63,837 nucleotides of DNA, filler included, from Craspedostauros australis (GCA_030167865.1; 8 parts of 8 records of this genome joined end to end with filler, not necessarily neighbours in it); one strand, 5' to 3'. Shown: positions 1 through 11,069, counted from the whole stretch's first letter. Notes: a model not told the origin generated them from the letters alone. A program made the numbers and translations.

Positions 1-534
1 CAATTGCAATCATTGGACCAATTCCGGACGATTCAATGGACGGCGGCCGGATTGCTGCTGCACGGACCTTTCTTGCACTTTGGATTCATCATGCTGGACA
101 AGTACTTTCCGTTGCCACCACCATCGGCGACGTCGTCGCAACAGATGCGGGCCGTTCTCAAGAAGACCATGGGCGGTCAGGTCTTCGTCTTTCCGCCGTA
201 CCTACTGGCGCTGTTCACGTACTTGGCCGTGACGCATTATTTCCATGATGCCTTGTTGCCGACGCAGACGCAGACGCAGTCATCCACGATGACGGCGACG
301 ACGACGACGCTATCGCAGGCAGTCGCGCAGCGCACCCAAACTAAGGTGCCCGAAGCCCTCATGGCAGGATGCGTGTTCTGGCCCGTCGTCAATTCCTTCA
401 ATTTCACCTTCATCGCGCCTGCCTATCGCGTGCTGTACACGGCCGCCGTCGGCAGCACATGGAACGTCTACCTCAATTGGCACAATAGTCAACGGCGTTG
501 CAATCGATCGAGCGTTGTAAAGTTGGAGGGCTGA
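1..534 (+). CDS. Mpv17/PMP22 family membrane protein, 5'-truncated duplicate of 7488-8222
   Basis: Same translation as the C-terminal part of the 244-aa ORF at 7488-8222; motifs LHGPFLHFGF, KK..GQ.FVFPP, FWPVVNSFNF.FI...YRVLY...V...WNVYL. Confidence 0.7.
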   Translation, partial: QLQSLDQFRTIQWTAAGLLLHGPFLHFGFIMLDKYFPLPPPSATSSQQMRAVLKKTMGGQVFVFPPYLLALFTYLAVTHYFHDALLPTQTQTQSSTMTATTTTLSQAVAQRTQTKVPEALMAGCVFWPVVNSFNFTFIAPAYRVLYTAAVGSTWNVYLNWHNSQRRCNRSSVVKLEG

Positions 535-1722
535 TGGATGCAAGGGGTCTTCGTCGTAACACTAGCATGCAGAATGCGATGTATAATCATATGACGCACT
601 ATTCTCTTTTGCTTCCACAACATCGAAGCATTTTCTCGCCGACCCACTTCATGTTGGCAATTTGTTTCCTTCTGAGATTCGTGCGTCCGTCCTGCTTCAA
701 CCTCCTCCTATGTACATGCTACGAGTAGTATTGTTCTGATCGACACCAACGCTCAATAGAAAAGGATGGATTACAAGCCAAGATGACGCAATCAGAGCTC
801 GCATATTATGTACATAACATGCAATATTCATTCTTTGATAAATCATGTTCTACTCTACCGACGCACTCGTACATTGCTGCAGCAACTGCTGCTATAGCCG
901 TCGCTGCTTCATTTCCTGCCCTTGTCCTTGTTCTTCTTGTTTCTAATGATGTCCATGAACTGCTCGTCGCCATTTGGTTGCGACGACGACCGCAACGAGG
1001 ACGATGATGGGCTAAGATGACAATCGTGGCGGCGGGGACGTGAGAAACAATCACAGAGTTTCGCAATTGAATGGAACGCAGACATGAGAAACTAGCACCT
1101 TGAGTCGCCGCGACGCCATCATCCAGAGCGCAGAGTGGATTCTGTGATAGCTCGCAGCAAAATCAAACTCATCGCATTTCGCAACAACCAACGATGACGG
1201 CAACCCTGGAAAATCCTTATGCTTTCCATAGAATCAGCGTTGTCGTCGACGTATCCTGGATCGATGTCTGCAGTATTCGTTCATAGTCGTATTGTACAAT
1301 AGTTCGGAACCTCATTTTCAACACATAAAGTGAGGAGAAAACAAATCGAGAAACGAGAACAAGACGTGCACCATACGAGTCAGCAATGTCACGAGCATTA
1401 TCACCGGAAGGGCGTGCATGCAAGTTTGGAATCACCGGCAATCAAAGCGTTTGGTCCATTCTTCAAACACTACCTTTCAACGCATTCGTTGCTCGCATCT
1501 TCGCTACTCTCCAGAGTACTCCACCTCAACTCCAATCGCGCCGACTTGCATGGCATGCGCTCATCGACACGCACGTCGACCAACCCTTCGCTGCCCAGCC
1601 GGCTGCTGGACTCATCGCGCTCCAACTCCGATCCGACCGTGATCTTGCCTTCCTCGCGCAATCGGTTCCACTCCGACAGCGGATCGTACCCTTCCCCTCC
1701 GACTTTGTTCTGGAAATCCCAC
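1..1722. repeat. Inverted duplicate of 6300-8021 (contig-end overlap, probable assembly artefact)
   Basis: Mirrored ORF pairs have coordinates summing to 8022 and identical translations; the copies begin at position 1 and at the N-gap edge 6300. Confidence 0.9.
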
Positions 1723-2024
1723 ACGCTGCGATCCTCCGAGAGCTGCTGTCGCTTCTGCATGACCTGCTGCTCGTAATCCTTCATCTTTTCGGGATTGCGA
1801 CGACGTTCCAGAATCTCGCGCTGCGCTGCCTCTTGCTCCTCGCGCTGTCGGCGGTCGTAGTTGGCGCGGTTCTGTTTGCCTTCGTCGCTGAAAATCAGCT
1901 TGAGGTCGTCGATGATGCCGTACATGATGGTCGGAGACTTGCGAGTCGTGGACGATGGCGCGAAGGCCCGCGAGGCGCAAAGCGATGTCGCGAGTATCGT
2001 CAGGAAGATGGTCAATTTCATCAT
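1119..2024 (-). CDS. Small plastid-targeted protein of unknown function; exon 1 2024-1550, probable GC-AG intron 1549-1268, 3' end uncertain
   Basis: ATG at 2024 gives MMKLTIFLTILATSLCASRA-FAP (signal peptide plus ASAFAP-type site), then a Ser/Thr/Arg transit-like segment and a charged helical region; GCAAGT donor and CTGCAG acceptor join ERMP to YIDPGYVDDNAD in frame. Confidence 0.65.
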
Positions 2025-3475
2025 TGTCTGTGGTATTGGGATGGGACTGTGTGTGATTGTTCTGGAGGCGTGGCTGTGACTTTGGCTTTGGCTTGGGGGA
2101 TGGTCAGTAAGCAAGTGGAATTGTGTTTGTTGCCCTTCATTGCCAACTGCTCGTGCTCCATGGATGTTCTGCGAAGGAGATCAACCACCAAGCATCGTAT
2201 CGTACTCGTACGTGCCCTTGTATTGCATGCCCTTGCTGATTTGATGTTGGTGACGTTGTGCTTGCTCTGGTGTGAGGTGTTTCGCATCATCCGCTTGTGA
2301 ATTTGTGAGGTGGTGTTGTTCGTTGTTGGCGTGAATCTTCGTCGATGCAGATGGATGAATCCACGTCACGGCGTCATTGTTCGTGTTTCCACAATCCTGT
2401 CCGATTTGTGGTCTAACGAGTCAATAATACGATTCGACAAGTAGAGTGTCCTCTTTTCCGGATTCTGTACTTCTCTGACATTTCTCCGTTGTGGTCACGC
2501 TCGCCAATCTTGCCGAGATCACGAAGAAGTCTTGTGCATCAACTTTCTCAGATCGTGATGCATCACGGATCGAGGATACCAATGGAGTGACGTGCACGAA
2601 TAGTACGGTATCTTGGAACTGAAAGCATTGATTCCATTGGCCAACACCTTCTTCGTCGGCGTGGCGAAGAACAGAGCGAAGATCGTGATGTGTTAAATGC
2701 CAAATGCTGCGTGAAGGGACAAAGTCATCATCCACAGTTGACTAGCCGGTGAGAGTTGAACCCACCACGCCGACAATGGATCCACACGGTCGCCGAACAA
2801 CGGAGAGAGCATGCGATGTGCGTCGATGACCAGACCGCAAAGCGTCCGCGAGTCAAAGCGCTGCCGAAATCGCTGGGTTGTTGCCGGATTTCATCTGCTT
2901 CTCGAAGCCGAGCCGACCGCCTCGTGACAGGATGACAGGCCCAAAGTTCCTCGATAGTGAACGCGCTCTTCTCTTCCGGTGTCTCGCACCCGTGTGACCC
3001 ACGAGGTTGAGTCCCCAACTCCATGCTCTCTGCTTCGCACTGTTATCCTGTTCAATGATTGAACACAGGTTGACACACAACATAAAGAACGATGCACAAC
3101 GGACTCGGTACTCACCTGTCGAAGCTCGTGCGCACTGTCGACCTGCAATCACCGAACCAGTGAAACTGCTTGCAGTTGTTCACGTGAGTGCTAGGTATTG
3201 TCTCATTGGTTGCATGTGTTGGAGTGTTTGGACATGGACGTGTAAATACTTGTACACGTTTGGACATACGCGCACCAGCACCGCACCATGCTCGTAGAGG
3301 ATGTACAAGCCACAGTGTGTACAGCGCTCTGTGCCCTGCCCCATGTCAGCCGTGGCGCTCGGTGTCATCATGGGCGAATTGCCGCGAAGTGTCTCCCTCT
3401 CGTCTCACAAAATCAAATCTTCGCCAAAATCAAGCAAAGAAAACAAACCAACCAAGCCAAAGAAAACAACGCAAG

Positions 3476-4051
3476 ATGAAGACCAAACTCGCCCTTCTTC
3501 TCTCTGCTGCCGTCGTCGCGCAGGCAACCGAGAACGTTGCAACCAATCCGCACGAGGACGACCTTCCCAAACGATTCCTCCGAACGGGTCGTCGTCTTCC
3601 GCCAATCAATGATGATACGGGAACCGAAGATGAGCCAACCCCGGCCGCCCAAGGCCAAGGAAACGCAGGCCCAGCAAAGGAACTTGAGACAAGTTCAAGC
3701 GCGAGCGCAAATGAAGAACGAGACAGTGGAGGTCGAGGACGTGGAGGCAGAGGCCGTGGAGCAGGTAGAGGCCGCGGAGAAGGTCGAGGACGTGGAGGTC
3801 GGGGACAAGGAGGTCGAGGCCGTGGAGAAGGTCGAGGACGTGGAGGTCGGGGACAAGGAGGTCGAGGCCGTGGAGAAGGTCGAGGACGCGGAGAAGGTAG
3901 AGGCCGTGGAGAAGGTAGAGGACGTGGAGAAGGTAGAGGACGTGGAGAAGGTAGAGGACGTGGAGAAGGTAGAGGACGTGGAGAAGGTAGAGGCCGTGGA
4001 GAAGGTAGAGGACGCGGAGAAGGTAGAGGCCGTGGAGAAGGTTCAAATTGA
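3476..4051 (+). CDS. Secreted Arg/Gly-rich repeat pro-protein (191 aa) with RFLR/RRL motifs
   Basis: ATG 3476 after an A/C-rich leader; signal peptide MKTKLALLLSAAVVAQA; KRFLRTGRRL at aa 32-41; acidic spacer ending EER; 105-aa G/R/E repeat (3728-4042). Confidence 0.75.
   Translation: MKTKLALLLSAAVVAQATENVATNPHEDDLPKRFLRTGRRLPPINDDTGTEDEPTPAAQGQGNAGPAKELETSSSASANEERDSGGRGRGGRGRGAGRGRGEGRGRGGRGQGGRGRGEGRGRGGRGQGGRGRGEGRGRGEGRGRGEGRGRGEGRGRGEGRGRGEGRGRGEGRGRGEGRGRGEGRGRGEGSN
3728..4042 (+). repeat. Coding minisatellite, 18-bp unit GGAGAAGGTAGAGG(A/C)CG(T/C) encoding GEGRGR
   Basis: Nine consecutive 18-bp units at 3872-4033, preceded by longer units containing GGRGQ. Confidence 0.95.
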
Positions 4052-4695
4052 GGTGGCCAAAGTGATACCACGAGTGCGAGCGGAAGCACAGGGTTCGATA
4101 CTTCGTACCGACGAAGATTGGGGCGCCGTGGTGACAGGTGCCCAGGCACAAGTTCAAGAAGGAGGCAGTCCATGCACTGTTTCGAGCGCCTACACCACTG
4201 TCGGTTGTATTCAAGTAGCGCTTCACATGCATGAGCTCGTCATAATGCTATACTTGTATCCTATTGTGTACGGCCCAACTCCATACGACTTCAGTGCCAA
4301 TGGCTCCTCCCAAGGAGAGCTTCAAAAATACATTGATATGAGAAGGGACTACATACGTGTACAACAGAAGAGTAGAGGACTTGACTTACATTGTACCAGC
4401 GCTCTACGTGATCGTGCCTGTGTGGTTGATTGCTAATCGTTTGTCGTTGGATGAGACTTATTTGTCGGAAGGCGGTTTCTGTCTCCCCATTTGGCTTGCC
4501 TACATCTCCTCGTTCATTTCGTACCCCCCGTACTTCCCTATCTTCTGCTCTTACTGGATCTCATTGGGATGAGATGCAGTCTCCCCTGCCCTTGTCTGGT
4601 ATCATGTCTGCAGCAGGATGAATGCTGGCTTCATTGCCTTCAACAGTTGCACTCGTCCTGGCACGTCCAATTGAGATCGATGCTCGTCCATCATC

Positions 4696-4758
4696 CATCG
4701 CACATTGTCCATCTGCATCGCGCATTGTCCATCTGCATCGCACATTGTCCATCTGCAT
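4696..4758. repeat. Tandem repeat, 20-bp unit CATCGCACATTGTCCATCTG x3
   Basis: Three adjacent copies with one mismatch. Confidence 0.9.
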
Positions 4759-6199
4759 GTTCCCACAATCCAGAGTGGACGAATGGGGGAACGAGCGTTC
4801 CGAGAAGCTCATCTCGCATGAATCGACCTCGCTGATCGTCCGGTACGAGATCACAAGCGGACTGATCTTCGGTAGTTATGTAATCCGAGCTGCTCGTATC
4901 CGAGTATCCATATCTCCTGCTGCACGCTGCACACTGCACATATGTACAGTACGACTGTACTCGTATGGCCTCGCGAGTTAGTGGTGGATGGGACCTTCGA
5001 TTGGAACGGATGTCGTTCTGCGGCGATCTGTTGCATCCCCCGTTCTACCATCTTCTTCGTCTTCTCGTATCATCGTCAACGCGGGGACCCTCCGATGCCC
5101 GAGGCATCTCGCTTCTCACTGTTGGCCTTCGCTAGATCTCAAACACTGTCCCACAAACGGAGCACGTGTTGCCAACCAATGCACGAAATGAGGGGGTGCG
5201 GGAGTTGGTTGTGTTGGCCGGGCTGCCGACAAGTGGTGGCCAAAGACAGAACTGTTATTGTCCACGTTCCACAGTTCTTGTCTTTCTTTGCAGTTGCTGT
5301 CCGACAACTGCGAAAATAGCGCGGTTTTGCGTCCACGCACGATGCAAGGATGACGAAAACCAGAATTGTTCTGCGCTGCGACGAAGCCATATGCAATGCC
5401 AAAATAGCGTGCAAGAAAGCTGTTGGACATAATAGACTAAATGTGATTATGCGCTTTGACTGAGCTTAAATATGTTTCTCTTTGTTGTCCTGTTCGTCGT
5501 CTCTGTGTAATATCTACTTATTCAAATACACTTTGGCGAATAGCATGACACCATCACAAACGCATTTGTGACCGTTGCGAGTTATGTTGTGACGTCACGT
5601 CAACCGATATGCGTAAAGCGCTCGTGTTCTTCGCGCCCAAAGGAACGAAATCAAAAACATGACACGTTCACGGTTCGCGCCAGATAACATCATGAGAAAA
5701 GGGCCGCACAAGACTCTCGCGGGGTCACAAGCGAAAGATGGCAACATCGTGGACGCGCGGAATTGCCACAAGAAGAGGGCAACACGCGCCAAGACCCGCA
5801 CCGTGGAAGACAACTCTCTGAACCCTGGCATGTTGGGAGAGAGAGAGAGAGAGAAAGAGACGATGAGGCAATCGTAAGAGACAAAGTATCCTCACTGTCC
5901 CGTTTCCTGGCTCCGGAATGACTCCAGGAGGAAAGAAGCACATGGCATGAAGACCAGCACCACCTTCGCGTCACCAAAACAACGGAGGCAGGAGCGAAGG
6001 TGAGGAACCCATAACAGCAACAACAACAGCAACAACCACAACAACAGCACCATCAATTGGCGCCCAACACCCAACAAAATACATGATATCTCATCCATCT
6101 TCGAGACCCTCAGCAATAACCCCAGTGGTACCATCAGAATCCATTCGTTTCCCAACATCCATCAAGGAGTTGGACTCTACAAGTAGGATGGCCCCTTCT

Positions 6200-6299
6200 N
6201 NNNNNNNNNNNNNNNNNNNNNNNNNNNNNNNNNNNNNNNNNNNTTAATTAATTAANNNNNNNNNNNNNNNNNNNNNNNNNNNNNNNNNNNNNNNNNNNN
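6200..6299. other. Assembly gap with synthetic six-frame-stop spacer TTAATTAATTAA (same structure at 13744-13843, 41116-41215, 43964-44063, 49747-49846, 56917-57016, 61563-61662; plain N gap at 63432-63535)
   Basis: Identical 12-mer centred in 100-nt N-padded blocks. Confidence 0.97.
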
Positions 6300-8021
6300 G
6301 TGGGATTTCCAGAACAAAGTCGGAGGGGAAGGGTACGATCCGCTGTCGGAGTGGAACCGATTGCGCGAGGAAGGCAAGATCACGGTCGGATCGGAGTTGG
6401 AGCGCGATGAGTCCAGCAGCCGGCTGGGCAGCGAAGGGTTGGTCGACGTGCGTGTCGATGAGCGCATGCCATGCAAGTCGGCGCGATTGGAGTTGAGGTG
6501 GAGTACTCTGGAGAGTAGCGAAGATGCGAGCAACGAATGCGTTGAAAGGTAGTGTTTGAAGAATGGACCAAACGCTTTGATTGCCGGTGATTCCAAACTT
6601 GCATGCACGCCCTTCCGGTGATAATGCTCGTGACATTGCTGACTCGTATGGTGCACGTCTTGTTCTCGTTTCTCGATTTGTTTTCTCCTCACTTTATGTG
6701 TTGAAAATGAGGTTCCGAACTATTGTACAATACGACTATGAACGAATACTGCAGACATCGATCCAGGATACGTCGACGACAACGCTGATTCTATGGAAAG
6801 CATAAGGATTTTCCAGGGTTGCCGTCATCGTTGGTTGTTGCGAAATGCGATGAGTTTGATTTTGCTGCGAGCTATCACAGAATCCACTCTGCGCTCTGGA
6901 TGATGGCGTCGCGGCGACTCAAGGTGCTAGTTTCTCATGTCTGCGTTCCATTCAATTGCGAAACTCTGTGATTGTTTCTCACGTCCCCGCCGCCACGATT
7001 GTCATCTTAGCCCATCATCGTCCTCGTTGCGGTCGTCGTCGCAACCAAATGGCGACGAGCAGTTCATGGACATCATTAGAAACAAGAAGAACAAGGACAA
7101 GGGCAGGAAATGAAGCAGCGACGGCTATAGCAGCAGTTGCTGCAGCAATGTACGAGTGCGTCGGTAGAGTAGAACATGATTTATCAAAGAATGAATATTG
7201 CATGTTATGTACATAATATGCGAGCTCTGATTGCGTCATCTTGGCTTGTAATCCATCCTTTTCTATTGAGCGTTGGTGTCGATCAGAACAATACTACTCG
7301 TAGCATGTACATAGGAGGAGGTTGAAGCAGGACGGACGCACGAATCTCAGAAGGAAACAAATTGCCAACATGAAGTGGGTCGGCGAGAAAATGCTTCGAT
7401 GTTGTGGAAGCAAAAGAGAATAGTGCGTCATATGATTATACATCGCATTCTGCATGCTAGTGTTACGACGAAGACCCCTTGCATCCATCAGCCCTCCAAC
7501 TTTACAACGCTCGATCGATTGCAACGCCGTTGACTATTGTGCCAATTGAGGTAGACGTTCCATGTGCTGCCGACGGCGGCCGTGTACAGCACGCGATAGG
7601 CAGGCGCGATGAAGGTGAAATTGAAGGAATTGACGACGGGCCAGAACACGCATCCTGCCATGAGGGCTTCGGGCACCTTAGTTTGGGTGCGCTGCGCGAC
7701 TGCCTGCGATAGCGTCGTCGTCGTCGCCGTCATCGTGGATGACTGCGTCTGCGTCTGCGTCGGCAACAAGGCATCATGGAAATAATGCGTCACGGCCAAG
7801 TACGTGAACAGCGCCAGTAGGTACGGCGGAAAGACGAAGACCTGACCGCCCATGGTCTTCTTGAGAACGGCCCGCATCTGTTGCGACGACGTCGCCGATG
7901 GTGGTGGCAACGGAAAGTACTTGTCCAGCATGATGAATCCAAAGTGCAAGAAAGGTCCGTGCAGCAGCAATCCGGCCGCCGTCCATTGAATCGTCCGGAA
8001 TTGGTCCAATGATTGCAATTG
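6300..8021. repeat. Inverted duplicate of 1-1722, including the 3' part of the plastid-targeted gene on the + strand
   Basis: Reverse complement of 1-1722; no mismatch seen in the mirrored ORF translations. Confidence 0.9.
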
Positions 8022-8222
8022 CTCGTTGGCGGATTGCAGCATCGGAATGGATGACGTTGGGATGATACGATCGGCTGGTTGTTGCGCTTCTATCTTCTCG
8101 CTGCTGCCGACATCATCTGCTGCACTGCCATCAGCAATCATCTTCTGCGTCATGATGTCCGCGATGCACATGATGGTACCTGACTGCAGGCCTGCCTTCA
8201 CGACGGGTGGAATGCGCGCCAT
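7488..8222 (-). CDS. Mpv17/PMP22 family membrane protein (244 aa)
   Basis: N-terminal P.VKAGLQSG.IM..ADIMTQ, four hydrophobic segments, FWP..N..NF and RVLY...WNVYL family motifs. Confidence 0.85.
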   Translation of the reverse strand: MARIPPVVKAGLQSGTIMCIADIMTQKMIADGSAADDVGSSEKIEAQQPADRIIPTSSIPMLQSANEQLQSLDQFRTIQWTAAGLLLHGPFLHFGFIMLDKYFPLPPPSATSSQQMRAVLKKTMGGQVFVFPPYLLALFTYLAVTHYFHDALLPTQTQTQSSTMTATTTTLSQAVAQRTQTKVPEALMAGCVFWPVVNSFNFTFIAPAYRVLYTAAVGSTWNVYLNWHNSQRRCNRSSVVKLEG

Positions 8223-8599
8223 GATGCCTGGTGTTTGTTACGATGCTCAATCCTCCGGACCACGAGTATGATCATGAGTCGTCCTTGTGGTGATGCATTG
8301 CCATGGACTCGTGATGTGGAGCAACATCACGCCTTGCAGGTCCCCTACTCGTGAACATGGTCATTGTCGCAACAGCAGAAATGCCGCAACACGTCAATCA
8401 CTTTTGGCGCGTCGGTGATGTTCTTCTTGTAATGGGTCACGAGTATCCAGGATTCAGCAGGAAGAACCGGCGACGTCTAGACTGAAAATAAGACTAGAGT
8501 GAGAACAGCAGGTGTCTGTTTTCCTCGCATGTGGACTTCAATCAATCAATCAATCACTCAGGCGGGTCTTCTTACAATTATCATTTCACATCCACCCCA

Positions 8600-10594
8600 T
8601 CATTTGTAACCGGAGTACCGATGGTCGATGGTGGTCAGATCGATCTCCTTCTCCGATTCGGAATAGAACCAATTCAGCATGAGTTCGTTGAGCTCCGGCC
8701 GATAATGCCGCCCGTCCACAGGCAGATGCCAATCTGCTGACAGGTACGTCGCATCGAAGATATCCAGGAATGGAATCTCCACATCCCGCAGTGCGCGTTG
8801 CTGCACCGCGTGCAAGAGCTCGGACCGTTCCAGGCTCATGTAACGGATGCGCTTCTTGGCCTTGTGCGGCGGGCCGAACCATTTGGTGTGGCGGTCTATG
8901 ACGATGTGCGGGTGCACGGCCGTCACGGACTTCCATGCTAGTTGGAAACGGAATTGTTCAGCTGTTGCAGTTGCTTCAGTTGCTGTTGCTGTCACTAGTT
9001 CTGTGATGTTGTGCGCGAGGAAGTCGTTGACGGCGACAATGAGCTGCCGACAGGCGATCGCGTGATCCTCAAACGTGTTGGCCTGCGATGCGTCGTTCGC
9101 CAACAGATCCCACGTGCTGCTCCCAAGCACCAGAAGGACTTCGATTGGTTTTGGGGATGATCGCTGTTCCTGCAATCGGTTCAGGATGCTGGGCAGGTAC
9201 TTGCGCAGGGAGTTGATGAAGTTGGGCACCTTGCGTGTGTTGAGCGCCGTCGCCACATTGCGGGTCGTCGAAAGGTGAGATCGAAAATACAGTCCTTCAT
9301 GGTTGCCCCACTGTCCCATCACGGAGTCTCCCACCAGCAACACATGATCGAATGCGCTGAAATCGATGGTACGCTGTGGCGGCACGAACTGTCGAATCGG
9401 TGGATCCCGTGGCGTCTGCGCCGTGTAGGTGAATTGTATCGCGCCGGATTCGTTCCATTTTTGCTTGATTGGAGGAGGCAGAGTGCCCACGCCGCACGTG
9501 AATGTCAGCGAGATGGTGATGTTGCCACCGCTTGCGTCAGTTATTGTGGTGTCCGTCACGTTGGTCCGCGACGATGAAGCAAAGGCTGATGACAATGACG
9601 ATGACGATTGTGGTCGTGAGAGTGACAGACTGTTGGAATCGGGATACATGGGCGTGGTCCAAAAGTCAAGACGGTAGACGCCATTTCCCACATGTTCGGT
9701 CTTGGCAACGGCGGTTGGATGGTTGGCGGGATCTTCAACAAGATTGCTCTTAATCATCGGTGTCATATTCGTTTGAGCCGATTTGCGGAACGTGATGTAG
9801 AACTCGTCACCGCCCAGCTGCTTCGGCCGACCATGCACATCCAACGTTTGCAGCAGCCAGAATGGTGCTGCATGCGCATCGGGCAGCGGAGGAAACCACA
9901 GACGCAGCTGGGAGGTTGGAGAGCATGGTTCGGTAAAGTTGTGCTCGATCATGAAAGAGGAGGAGCTTCCTTTGCCTGCCGTTGTGTACATGTGCGACGG
10001 CAGGCTGGTCTTGAGCTTTTGCACGATGCGTTCGTCAGGCCCATGCGCGGGAATAGACGCGGCAACCCAATCATCCGCCGATGATACGTTCTGACGAATC
10101 AGATACTCCTTGATACCTGCCGCGCTGTGACCATGTTGGAGCTGTTTGGATTGTCGACTCGCGATTGTGCCGACATCTTGTGATGGCCCGTTCTCTCCTC
10201 CTGCTGCTCCTGAAATGTTGTTGGTTGCTGCTGTGCTCATGCTCGTACTCGTGCTAGTACTCTTGTGTGCGAATGCATTCGTGACAGCATGCATGAGATC
10301 TTCATTGCCATCATGGTCGTGGACGCGACCAAAGTTCGTGACGGTGATGGAATGCAATTGCCGAAATGATCCGTAGGCTCCCAGACACACCGCAAAGACC
10401 AGGAAATAGGGTCGGCGTCGCCTTGTGGTCATGCGTGTGGATGATGATGATGATGATGCCGGCGAGTGCAGTGGCGAGGGCCATGGTGAGATGGGTGGAC
10501 CATCGCTGATGGCGTCTGTGCCATCATCGCTGCTGCTGTTGCACTCACAGGTCAGCACATGATGTCCTCGACGGCGAGCCTTTGCATTCTCCAT
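8600..10594 (-). CDS. Type II membrane protein with NXPE/PC-esterase-like SGNH domain (putative glycan O-acyl transferase/esterase)
   Basis: First in-frame ATG 10594; RRRRP then a transmembrane helix; DVHGRPKQLGGDEFY and HVGNGVYRLDF (NXPE-like N domain); LVGDS block I and DGRH catalytic motif. Confidence 0.7.
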   Translation of the reverse strand: MENAKARRRGHHVLTCECNSSSDDGTDAISDGPPISPWPSPLHSPASSSSSSTRMTTRRRRPYFLVFAVCLGAYGSFRQLHSITVTNFGRVHDHDGNEDLMHAVTNAFAHKSTSTSTSMSTAATNNISGAAGGENGPSQDVGTIASRQSKQLQHGHSAAGIKEYLIRQNVSSADDWVAASIPAHGPDERIVQKLKTSLPSHMYTTAGKGSSSSFMIEHNFTEPCSPTSQLRLWFPPLPDAHAAPFWLLQTLDVHGRPKQLGGDEFYITFRKSAQTNMTPMIKSNLVEDPANHPTAVAKTEHVGNGVYRLDFWTTPMYPDSNSLSLSRPQSSSSLSSAFASSSRTNVTDTTITDASGGNITISLTFTCGVGTLPPPIKQKWNESGAIQFTYTAQTPRDPPIRQFVPPQRTIDFSAFDHVLLVGDSVMGQWGNHEGLYFRSHLSTTRNVATALNTRKVPNFINSLRKYLPSILNRLQEQRSSPKPIEVLLVLGSSTWDLLANDASQANTFEDHAIACRQLIVAVNDFLAHNITELVTATATEATATAEQFRFQLAWKSVTAVHPHIVIDRHTKWFGPPHKAKKRIRYMSLERSELLHAVQQRALRDVEIPFLDIFDATYLSADWHLPVDGRHYRPELNELMLNWFYSESEKEIDLTTIDHRYSGYK

Positions 10595-11069
10595 CGTTGG
10601 GCTTCTATCTGTGGCATCGCTGAAGCTCCTGCTCACTCTCGTTTCCAGCTTCTTGTGTGGCGACACCACAGAACAGGCATCATTCCCATCAAAGACCAAA
10701 CCACCTGCGTGTTCCCATCTTGTTTTGTGACCAACCCGTGACCGAGTCTTGTGAGGAAACAAAAGTTCTCCGGTTGGAATCTGCGGTGAATGAAAAATAA
10801 TTTGAATATTGTGTCATTGTTTGTTTGGGTATTCTCGATGTGGTACTCCGAACATATGAGTATCGCTTCCATTTCAGTGGCGGAGAGTCGATCTCTGCCT
10901 CATACCATGCCAGTACCATACAAGCACTCCGCGGCAACTATTGGTTGATACGCAGATAGATACAGTATATTAGATCATAGCATATTATAGATTGTATAAA
11001 AGTACAGCAGTGGAGGAGAGTGCATGATGCCGTTGCTGGTCAAATTGCGTTGTGAGAGCAGAGCAGCTT

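Noticed and set aside
3430..4436. Overlapping long ORFs reading (VEKVED)n, (SPRPLP)n and (LLHVLY)n
   Set aside because: Alternative frames of the stop-free 18-bp repeat; only the GEGRGR frame has a good ATG and signal peptide, and unit variation is synonymous in that frame
5940..6199. Gln/Asn-rich CAA stretch and a short frame running into the gap
   Set aside because: Interrupted by stops and too short to call
6244..6255. Recurrent TTAATTAATTAA palindrome
   Set aside because: Always centred in N runs; synthetic contig spacer, and ORFs ending LIN are artefacts
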